64,000 bases of DNA from an uncultured virus (IMG/VR IMGVR_UViG_3300042691_030539) (lineage: Duplodnaviria; Heunggongvirae; Uroviricota; Caudoviricetes): the IMG/VR virus record IMGVR_UViG_3300042691_030539; one strand, written 5' to 3'. Under the pieces are notes generated by a model, which saw only the letters and a program-made list of their open reading frames with translations, was not told the DNA's origin and ran no database searches. Position 1 is the stretch's first letter; the number at the start of each line of letters is the position of its first letter. Below, in pieces: positions 56,146-64,000 of this stretch. The position numbers were made by a program, and so were the translations under genes.

Positions 56146-56406
56146 ATGGAAATTATAATAATATTTTTATTTGTAGTTTTAGTAGTTGCCGGATGGGCAG
56201 TTATTAACTTATTAAGAAAGTTAGAAAAATACGAAGATGAATTTGAGGATTATCAAAAATTTATCGAAACAGAAACTCAAAAAAATGAAGCATTACTGGA
56301 GGCATTAAGGCAAATAGATCAACGCCAAATGTTTGAGAAGGATGATGATGTTGGTTCTATATTTTATCAAATAAAAGAAACTATTGAAAGATTCAAAAAA
56401 CGTTAA
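56146..56406 (+). CDS. Membrane-anchored protein
   Basis: N-terminal TM helix; FEKDDDVG. Confidence 0.7.
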   Translation: MEIIIIFLFVVLVVAGWAVINLLRKLEKYEDEFEDYQKFIETETQKNEALLEALRQIDQRQMFEKDDDVGSIFYQIKETIERFKKR

Positions 56407-56408
56407 AA

Positions 56409-57098
56409 ATGCCCAGAAAACCAAAAAATAAACAATACTTTACAAAAGATACGGAAGATGCTATAATTGAGTATAATCTAACCGAAGATAAACTTATAAA
56501 AGATAAAATATATAGAGAAAGAATTAAATCTGCATTTGATAAACTCGCAGAGATAGTATATAACAAATGGAAATTTACCTACTTTGATGATGATCCACAA
56601 GATGTAATGAGTGAGGTTGTTACATTTATGATTGAAAAAATTCATATGTATAAAGCCGGTAAAGGTAAAGCATTCTCATATTTTACAATCGTTGCAAGAA
56701 ACTATCTTATCCTAAATAATAATGCAAATTATAAAAGATACAAAGATACAGATGTAATTTCTAATATGCCAGAAAATTGGGATAAAGAAAATAATTTTAG
56801 AGAAGAAGTTCGGAACGATGAATATAGAGTTTTTAATAATCTAATGTTGGAGTATTGGGATAAACATTTAGAAAACTATTTTCCAAAAAAGAGAGATATG
56901 CAAATAGCAGATGCAGTACTGGAATTATTCAGACGTGCAGAGTACATAGAAAACTTTAATAAAAAATCATTATACCTTCTGATACGAGAAATGACAGGTC
57001 ATCCAACTCATTATATTACAAAAGTTGTAAATAAAATGAAAGAAAAACAAATGGATTTATATAATGAATTTGATATAACAGGAGATATAAAAATTTAA
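56409..57098 (+). CDS. Phage sigma-factor-like protein
   Basis: Region-2-like KAFSYFTIVARNYLI; C-terminal HTH-like segment. Confidence 0.6.
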   Translation: MPRKPKNKQYFTKDTEDAIIEYNLTEDKLIKDKIYRERIKSAFDKLAEIVYNKWKFTYFDDDPQDVMSEVVTFMIEKIHMYKAGKGKAFSYFTIVARNYLILNNNANYKRYKDTDVISNMPENWDKENNFREEVRNDEYRVFNNLMLEYWDKHLENYFPKKRDMQIADAVLELFRRAEYIENFNKKSLYLLIREMTGHPTHYITKVVNKMKEKQMDLYNEFDITGDIKI

Positions 57099-57100
57099 TT

Positions 57101-58804
57101 ATGATACAATTAGGATTATCAGGATTCTACCACGATTCCGCCGCAGCATTGGTTATAGATGGAAAAGTAATAGCAGCAATAGAAGAAGAGAAACTATCGG
57201 GTATAAAGCACGATAGTTCTTTTCCGTTTAAAGCAATTCAATGGGTTTTGGAATATGCGCAAGTTACAATTGATGAAGTTGATATGGTTTGTTGGTATGA
57301 GGTTCCTGAAATAAAATTTAATCGAGTATATAAATCTTTATTTGGTGATTGGAAGGATTTTTTATTAGGAAAAGGTAGAAGAAATCGATTTATCAAAAGA
57401 TGGAATTCAAATGAAGGTAATATAAAGGGTATATTGAATTCTATTGGTTATGAGGGCGTTGTTGTTTATACAAAGCACCATCTATCTCATTTGGCTTTTT
57501 CTTATTACACATCCCCATTTAATGATGCTATAGGGTTATCCGTTGATGCGGTGGGTGAAGATGAAACTCTTTTAGCCTGTTATATTAGAGATAATAATTT
57601 TCATAAAATTACAAATTTAAAATTTCCAAATTCATTAGGATTGGTATATTCCGCATTAACCGCATATTTAGGATTCAAACCAAATGAAGGTGAATATAAA
57701 GTTATGGGATTGGCTCCATACGGAGATAAAAAGAAATACGAATATGTATTTGATAAAATAACATTTTATGATAGAGTGTTAGATTTAATAAACATAAATC
57801 AAAAATATTTTACATATCAAACATCAGAAGTCGATATGTTTAATTCTAAACTTATAGAATTAATTGGATTTCTTCCCAGATTTAAAGATGAACCGATAGA
57901 ACAGCATCATAAGGATTTGGCAGCTGCACTTCAGAGTTGGTACGAATCTCAATTTTATTTTATATTAAATAGAGTAAATAGTAATTGGAATAGTGATAAT
58001 TTAGTGTTGGCTGGTGGTTGTGCATATAATGGTACGGCTAATGGTAAAATAAAACACCACACTACTTTCAAAAATGTTTGGATTCCATTCGCACCATCCG
58101 ATGCCGGATCTGCAATAGGATCGTGTTTATATCATTGGCATATAACATTGGGCAATCCAAAAGTAGTTGGGGGAGATAATCAAACACCATTTACAGGTCC
58201 GGAATATACGGAAGAAGAAATATTAAACGCACTCGGAAAGGTTTCGGATTTAAATATAATAATCATGAAGGATGAATCGGAGTTACGTTCATCTGTTGCA
58301 AAGTTAATAAAAGATGGTAATATCATTGGGTGGTTTAGAGGTAGGACTGAATTTGGTGCGAGGGCATTGGGAAATCGTTCTATTTTAGGAAATCCACATC
58401 TTCCAGATATTAGAGATAGAATTAATAAGGTTGTCAAAAAGAGAGAAATGTTTAGACCATTTGCACCATCGGTAACACATGAGGATTATAAAAAATATTT
58501 CAAATCCGAAGAGGATGTTCCATATATGAATCAAGTTGTGCAAGTTATTTCACAAACACCGATTCCATCGGTAACACACGTTGATAATTCGGCAAGAATA
58601 CAGACGGTCAAAAGAGAGCAGAATCCACTATATTATGATTTATTAAAAGAATTTGAAAAGATAACAGGAACACCAATCCTATTAAACACATCATTTAATT
58701 TAAAGGATTATACTATGGTAAATTCTCCTGAACAAGCCATATGGACATTTAAAAATTCTGATATGGATTATTTGGTATTGGGTAACTTTTTGATTAGTAA
58801 ATAA
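57101..58804 (+). CDS. Carbamoyltransferase (NodU/CmcH family)
   Basis: YHDSAAA, HHLSH, EYKVMGLAPYG, EFGARALGNRS, RPFAP and LNTSFN. Confidence 0.95.
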   Translation: MIQLGLSGFYHDSAAALVIDGKVIAAIEEEKLSGIKHDSSFPFKAIQWVLEYAQVTIDEVDMVCWYEVPEIKFNRVYKSLFGDWKDFLLGKGRRNRFIKRWNSNEGNIKGILNSIGYEGVVVYTKHHLSHLAFSYYTSPFNDAIGLSVDAVGEDETLLACYIRDNNFHKITNLKFPNSLGLVYSALTAYLGFKPNEGEYKVMGLAPYGDKKKYEYVFDKITFYDRVLDLININQKYFTYQTSEVDMFNSKLIELIGFLPRFKDEPIEQHHKDLAAALQSWYESQFYFILNRVNSNWNSDNLVLAGGCAYNGTANGKIKHHTTFKNVWIPFAPSDAGSAIGSCLYHWHITLGNPKVVGGDNQTPFTGPEYTEEEILNALGKVSDLNIIIMKDESELRSSVAKLIKDGNIIGWFRGRTEFGARALGNRSILGNPHLPDIRDRINKVVKKREMFRPFAPSVTHEDYKKYFKSEEDVPYMNQVVQVISQTPIPSVTHVDNSARIQTVKREQNPLYYDLLKEFEKITGTPILLNTSFNLKDYTMVNSPEQAIWTFKNSDMDYLVLGNFLISK

Positions 58805-58828
58805 TTATTAGTATAAATAATAAATTTT

Positions 58829-59233
58829 ATGAGTACTGAATTTCAGTTATTTGATGGTAAAAATTTATCCTCTTTATTCAGAGATATATACGAAAACCAA
58901 CAGAATAAAAAGAAAAATATTTCCGATTTGATTGAATCACTTCGTAAATTAATTAAGAACGTTGGTGAAGCAACTGTCATTGCTCCTATAATAAAAGACC
59001 TTATCGAAGTATCGGTTAAGAACGATGAACACTTAATTAAGATGGCTACTATTGCTCAAAGACTTGCTGCAGCAGAGGCTAAGGGAATTGGTGAAGATGG
59101 TTGGTTGAGTGAAAATGAAAAAGCACAATTGTTAAACGATTTGGAAGATAGTGTAAATGAATTGGAGAAATCAACAAAAGAAAAGTTGACAGATATTGAA
59201 ATAGAGATAGAAGAAATAAAAACAAAATCATAA
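58829..59233 (+). CDS. Conserved helical phage protein
   Basis: VKNDEHLIKMA. Confidence 0.75.
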   Translation: MSTEFQLFDGKNLSSLFRDIYENQQNKKKNISDLIESLRKLIKNVGEATVIAPIIKDLIEVSVKNDEHLIKMATIAQRLAAAEAKGIGEDGWLSENEKAQLLNDLEDSVNELEKSTKEKLTDIEIEIEEIKTKS

Positions 59234-60447
59234 TGGAAGCATTTTTAGCAACGGTTAAAAAAGTATATTTAACTGAAGATGATTTTAAAGAATTGGATAC
59301 TGAAAACGATTTTGTTAAGTATTACAATAATAATAAAAACTTTTTCGGCAAAGATGCTAGATTTTTGGGTGCAATTGAATTTGCAAGGGATATTCCGTAT
59401 AAAATAGAAAACTATGCATTTCCATTTGATAAAAATAATATGACCTTCCCGATTGTGGGTGAAACCGTTTTTATATTAGTAAATAATAGGGAATATTATT
59501 GGATGCCATTTGCAAATGTTCAATATCCAAATTATAGAGAAGATTATAAAATTTCCGAAGCTTCAAAAGAAAAGAGTATAGAAAATTTAGATAATTCATC
59601 AAAAAATCAACAATACAAAGAAAATAAATCAACAGGAACACCAAACAATAAACCAAATCTGACGGAATCAAAAAAGAAAAGTTATGAAGTAAAAGAAAAA
59701 GTAAAATTCTTAAAACCAAAAGAGGGAGATACGATTATAAGTGGTAGAGTTGGAAATACCATTAGATTTTCAGAGTTTTTTTTAACTTCGGATGGCAAAA
59801 CATCTTCACCATCAATAATAATACGAAATAAACAAAACCCAGAATTTGATAATAAGAAAATTGGTGAATTAGTAGAAGAAGATATTAATAAAGATGGTAC
59901 ATCCGTTTATATAACATCCGGTAAGGTGAAAATACCATTCAAAGAAACTATTAAAAAACAAAAAGTAGGTTTTAAAAATTATCCAAATTCAAAAGATTTT
60001 GAAGGTGATCAATTGTTTGTAAACTCTGATAGGGTATTAATATCAGCAAAAGCCTATGAATGTATTATATACGGAAAGACGAATACAGGAATAATAACGG
60101 ATGGAAACTTTTCTGTTGATGCAGAAAAGGAAGTGTATATTCACTCTAATAATAAAATAACAATACATTCGGCTGGAAATAATCAAATATTTTTAAATTC
60201 AGAGAATGGCAAAATATATTTAGGAAAAAATAAAGGAGAAGGAAATGAAGGTGCGGATGTTCAGAAGATGGTATTGGGTGGTGAACTTGTAGCAATAATG
60301 AAAGAATTAATTGATGCAATAAATCAACAACAATATTTAACTCCATCAGGACCATCTGCAACAGGTCCTGTTAATAGAGCAACGTTTACATCTATAAAAA
60401 ATAAATTAAACAAACTCTTATCGAGTACAAACTTTGTATCTAAATAA
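59233..60447 (+). CDS. Baseplate hub/spike-like protein
   Basis: FPIVGETV OB-like N-terminus; EGDTIISGRVGNTIRF; beta-repeat C-terminus with TPSGPS. Confidence 0.65.
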   Translation: MEAFLATVKKVYLTEDDFKELDTENDFVKYYNNNKNFFGKDARFLGAIEFARDIPYKIENYAFPFDKNNMTFPIVGETVFILVNNREYYWMPFANVQYPNYREDYKISEASKEKSIENLDNSSKNQQYKENKSTGTPNNKPNLTESKKKSYEVKEKVKFLKPKEGDTIISGRVGNTIRFSEFFLTSDGKTSSPSIIIRNKQNPEFDNKKIGELVEEDINKDGTSVYITSGKVKIPFKETIKKQKVGFKNYPNSKDFEGDQLFVNSDRVLISAKAYECIIYGKTNTGIITDGNFSVDAEKEVYIHSNNKITIHSAGNNQIFLNSENGKIYLGKNKGEGNEGADVQKMVLGGELVAIMKELIDAINQQQYLTPSGPSATGPVNRATFTSIKNKLNKLLSSTNFVSK

Positions 60448-60995
60448 TGTCATGGAGTGCATTTAAATCTACTTTACTACCGGCCATGCAATCTAATTTG
60501 TTTGGTAATAATATTGATGGATTTGCCAAAACATTTACCACATCATACGATATTGCAATAAAAGGTGGAAAGGAAACCATAAATCCTATACCATTATTAA
60601 AAGGTAATACATCTGCTATGGAGGCACAATTGGCTTCCCTTTTGAGACAAACTCAAATGTCAAAATCAACAACATTATTGGATATAATCGGACCGGCAAT
60701 AATATCATATTGGGCAGGCGGTACAATGGCACCTATACCACCATTAATACCTGCGCCCGGAGCGATTGCAAATATAGTATTGACTCAGGGAACGGTACTT
60801 AATCCTGGTACATGGAGTCCGATACCCGTTCCACCCAATAATGACTCTTCTGTATTTTTAAATGCGTTTATAACAGCTGCAAAGATACATTTATCAACTG
60901 TTAGTGGTTTATATGTTGTGTTAGCACAATACCCACCACCTGCACCCCCTGCCCCAGGGGTTTTGCCATGGACGGGGTATATTGTACCTGATTAA
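60447..60995 (+). CDS. Pro-rich structural protein
   Basis: Located in the baseplate operon. Confidence 0.65.
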   Translation: MSWSAFKSTLLPAMQSNLFGNNIDGFAKTFTTSYDIAIKGGKETINPIPLLKGNTSAMEAQLASLLRQTQMSKSTTLLDIIGPAIISYWAGGTMAPIPPLIPAPGAIANIVLTQGTVLNPGTWSPIPVPPNNDSSVFLNAFITAAKIHLSTVSGLYVVLAQYPPPAPPAPGVLPWTGYIVPD

Positions 60996-61031
60996 ATTTT
61001 AACTTTCAATATTTATATAAAAACAATTATT

Positions 61032-61541
61032 ATGGATTCAAAATTATTAGTCGGATTGATTAAAGAAGTTGTTCAACGTGAAGTTAAGCAACAGGTCAAA
61101 GAAGAACTGGCGAAGTTAATTAAATCCGGTGCGGTTACATTAAACAAAGAAAGAAAGCAGCCATCATTAATGGAAATGACGGAAGTTAATAAAACTGCAC
61201 CGATTAAAACACAGACAGTTACTACGCAAATAAAAAGACCTCAACAAACAAAGGAATTTACAAAAAATCCTATTTTGAATGAGGTTTTAAATATGACACA
61301 ACCATTCACTGCACAACAAAGAGCAGAAGGTTCTATGCCAGGAGTTAGTGGTGGTAGTAGTGTTTTAGATATGATACAGCCACAAATGAGTGTAGAGGAA
61401 GATTGGCAAACTATGGATTTTAGAGATATAAACGTACCATCGGATACTCCAAGCTTTGAAACAACAGGCGATGGACTCCAAGATGCAACAATTAAAGCAT
61501 TGACAAGAGATTATTCTGAATTAGTAAAGAGATTTAAATAA
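61032..61541 (+). CDS. Hypothetical late protein
   Basis: LIKEVV..EV; ends RDYSELVK; TATTTATA upstream. Confidence 0.7.
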   Translation: MDSKLLVGLIKEVVQREVKQQVKEELAKLIKSGAVTLNKERKQPSLMEMTEVNKTAPIKTQTVTTQIKRPQQTKEFTKNPILNEVLNMTQPFTAQQRAEGSMPGVSGGSSVLDMIQPQMSVEEDWQTMDFRDINVPSDTPSFETTGDGLQDATIKALTRDYSELVKRFK

Positions 61542-61978
61542 TGGCAATAGAATTAGGTAAAGTAAATGTAAGCGATTTAACCGAAAATGGTTATAAAAAA
61601 ATCGGAATTGGAATAAATACAACACCAAATACCGATGGTATATTCGCAACAAATTACACTACTTTATCACAAGCGAAGGATAATATTAAAAATTTATTAT
61701 TAACGCAAAAGGGTGAACGTTTAATGCAGCCTGATTTTGGTTGTGATATATGGAGAGTGATATTTGAACAATCGGTAGATGGTGAAATCGATATTGCTAT
61801 AGAAAATTCAATTATAGATGCTGTAAATACATGGTTACCATATTTAAATATAAATCAAATTATAATTGATAGTGATGATGATAGTAAAGATAGTAATAGA
61901 ATTGGTTTAGAAATCAATTTTTCATTAACATCAAATCCAAATTTGAAAGATTCGGTAAAAATTGTATTAAATAATTAA
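61541..61978 (+). CDS. Baseplate wedge protein, T4 gp25-like
   Basis: NLLLTQKGERLMQPDFGC...WLPY. Confidence 0.9.
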   Translation: MAIELGKVNVSDLTENGYKKIGIGINTTPNTDGIFATNYTTLSQAKDNIKNLLLTQKGERLMQPDFGCDIWRVIFEQSVDGEIDIAIENSIIDAVNTWLPYLNINQIIIDSDDDSKDSNRIGLEINFSLTSNPNLKDSVKIVLNN

Positions 61979-61981
61979 TAA

Positions 61982-64000
61982 ATGGCAATTAAAAGTGTAA
62001 AAAAATCTTGGGGAGCAAATAAAGACATAAATTATGTCGGAAAGGATTTTGAATCGTTAAAACAAAATTTAATAGATTATACAAAAACCTATTTCCCAAA
62101 TACATATTCGGATTTTAATGAAGCATCTCCGGGTATGGTTTTCATAGAACAGGCTGCAGCAATAGGTGATGTATTATCTTTTTATCAAGATACACAACTA
62201 AAAGAATCAATGCTTGCATATGCAACGGAGCGTAAAAATGTTATGGCATTGGCACAGGCAATGGGGTACAAACCAAAAGTAACAACACCTGCAGTTACGA
62301 CTCTAACGGTCTACCAATTAGTTCCATCAAAGGGTGCACCAAATTATGAACCCGATGAATCTTTTTATTTTAAAATTAGTGAGGGGATGCAAGTTGCATC
62401 AACCACAAATTCAAACGTAGTATTTAGAACAAACGATGTTGTAGATTTTGCAAATGAAACTAATAGAGAAATATCCGTTCACGAAAGAGATGGTACAACA
62501 GGATCTCCGACTTTTTATTTGATAACAAAAAAAGTAAAGGCCATTTCTGCTAGAGAAATTTCAACTACAATAAACGTTCCAGCTGGTGATTTAGATTATC
62601 CATCGGTAAATATATCGGATAATAATATAATTGAGATAGTATCAATAACCGATGAAAATAACAACAAATATTATGAAGTACCTTATTTGGCACAAGAAAG
62701 TATTTTTGTTGAAAAACCAAATACGGATGTAAATAGTAGTTTGTATGAGTATTCAAATGTTGTTCCTTATGTTTTAGAAGTTCAGAAAGTACCAAGAAGA
62801 TTTTCGGTATTAATAAATTCGGATAACACAACTACTATACAATTTGGAAGTGGTGATGTTAACATGAATGATGAAATTATATTACCTAATTCAAAAAATT
62901 TAGGTTTAGGTTTGGCAAATTCAATAAAGAGAGTTAATGTTGCAATAGATCCTTCTAATTTTTTAAAAACAAATACATTTGGAATAGCCCCTGCAGGGAA
63001 AACTTTGACTGTTAAATATTTAGTTGGAGGTGGGGTAGAATCAAACGTAAATCAGGGTGATTTAACAACTATAAATAGAATAGAGTTTGATGAAGATTTA
63101 TTATCTATAAGTGAATCGAATTTACCATTGTATCAGACAATGAAAAATTCAATTGCAATTGAAAATGAAGAGTCGGCAACTGGTGGTAGAGGATCAGAAT
63201 CGATTGAAGAGATTAGGCAAAATGCACTTGCTACGTTTGGTTCTCAAAACAGAGCTGTTACTCGAGAAGATTATGTTGTTAGAGCTTTATCTATGCCAGA
63301 ACGATACGGTAGTGTTGCAAAAGTTTATGTAAGTCCTGATGGTGAAATCGATAATAATTCGCCTGCATCTATACTGGCATCTCCAAAAAATATAGCAGAA
63401 TTTGTTGGTGTTGTTGAGGGATTAAAAGATAAATCTACAAATGAAATACAAAAAGAATTGGTTAAATATCTTTCACAAAAAAAGAAATCAATTTCAGAAG
63501 TAAATAATCCATTTGCTATAAACATGTATGTTTTGGGATTTGATTCTAATAAAAAATTAACAAACTTAAATCAGGCAGTAAAGGAAAACTTAAAAACATA
63601 TATTGGAGAATATAGAATGTTGACAGATGCGGTAAATATAATTGATGGATTTGTGGTCAATATTGGTTGTGATTTTGAAATAATAACTTATTCTGAATAT
63701 AATAAAACAGAAGTGTTAACAAAGTGTATTACAGAATTGCAAGATTATTTTAATATAGATAACTGGACATTTAATAAACCAATAAACATTTCGGAAATAG
63801 AGTTAATTATTGCAAATGTTGAGGGTGTTATGAGTGTACCTTCTGTTAAAATATATAATTTATGTGCAAGTGATAATGGAAATTATTCACCGAATAGGTA
63901 CAATATAGCAGAAGCAACGCAGGGAAAGATTGTATATCCATCTTTAGATCCTTGTGTATTTGAAGTTAAATATCCTAATAAAGATATAAAAGGGAGGGCC
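61982..64000 (+). CDS. Baseplate wedge protein, T4 gp6-like (runs off the window)
   Basis: Manual translation: KDFESLKQNL...YSDFNEASPG...LSFYQD; GG...ESIEEIR...QNRAVTREDY. Confidence 0.88.
   Translation, partial: MAIKSVKKSWGANKDINYVGKDFESLKQNLIDYTKTYFPNTYSDFNEASPGMVFIEQAAAIGDVLSFYQDTQLKESMLAYATERKNVMALAQAMGYKPKVTTPAVTTLTVYQLVPSKGAPNYEPDESFYFKISEGMQVASTTNSNVVFRTNDVVDFANETNREISVHERDGTTGSPTFYLITKKVKAISAREISTTINVPAGDLDYPSVNISDNNIIEIVSITDENNNKYYEVPYLAQESIFVEKPNTDVNSSLYEYSNVVPYVLEVQKVPRRFSVLINSDNTTTIQFGSGDVNMNDEIILPNSKNLGLGLANSIKRVNVAIDPSNFLKTNTFGIAPAGKTLTVKYLVGGGVESNVNQGDLTTINRIEFDEDLLSISESNLPLYQTMKNSIAIENEESATGGRGSESIEEIRQNALATFGSQNRAVTREDYVVRALSMPERYGSVAKVYVSPDGEIDNNSPASILASPKNIAEFVGVVEGLKDKSTNEIQKELVKYLSQKKKSISEVNNPFAINMYVLGFDSNKKLTNLNQAVKENLKTYIGEYRMLTDAVNIIDGFVVNIGCDFEIITYSEYNKTEVLTKCITELQDYFNIDNWTFNKPINISEIELIIANVEGVMSVPSVKIYNLCASDNGNYSPNRYNIAEATQGKIVYPSLDPCVFEVKYPNKDIKGRA

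Noticed and set aside
1..64000. Stop-codon reassignment
   Set aside because: Genes are full length in code 11; TAG and TGA end genes normally; no suppressor tRNA seen.
1..64000. Diversity-generating retroelement or retron
   Set aside because: No reverse transcriptase motifs and no adenine-variable repeat pair noticed.

Overview
AT-rich, gene-dense segment of a large T4-like (myovirus-type) phage genome. Almost all genes lie on the + strand and read in the standard code. The host is probably Bacteroidota, because about a dozen TTTG-N19/20-TAnnTT(T/A)(G/A) promoters match that phylum's housekeeping consensus. Layout: (i) 0.1-4.1 kb, a tRNA array (11 tRNAs) interleaved with a giant tRNA-like RNA and several small structured RNAs; (ii) 4.5-38.5 kb, many small early-type ORFs (vWA + MoxR AAA pair, DNA ligase, SWIM, GIY-YIG, HNH, NlpC/P60, SPFH), three clusters of a repeated palindromic operator, a non-coding hub at 33.3-34.1 kb (10-bp-periodic GTGG array, dif-like sites) and a solitary tRNA-Ile(UAU); (iii) 38.8-64 kb, genes behind a TATTTATA late-type motif, including a surface-modification cassette, a modification cluster, Hsp20, UvsE, peptide deformylase, a sigma-like factor, a carbamoyltransferase and baseplate genes. 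The best candidate for an undescribed system is a polyprotein at 43947-45938 (ATP-grasp-like / Hint / 10-Cys peptide / S74 autochaperone). It is followed by tailoring-type enzymes that share a basic C-terminal K-[ST]-[LI]-[IL] tag. All family calls come from motif recognition by eye; no searches were run.
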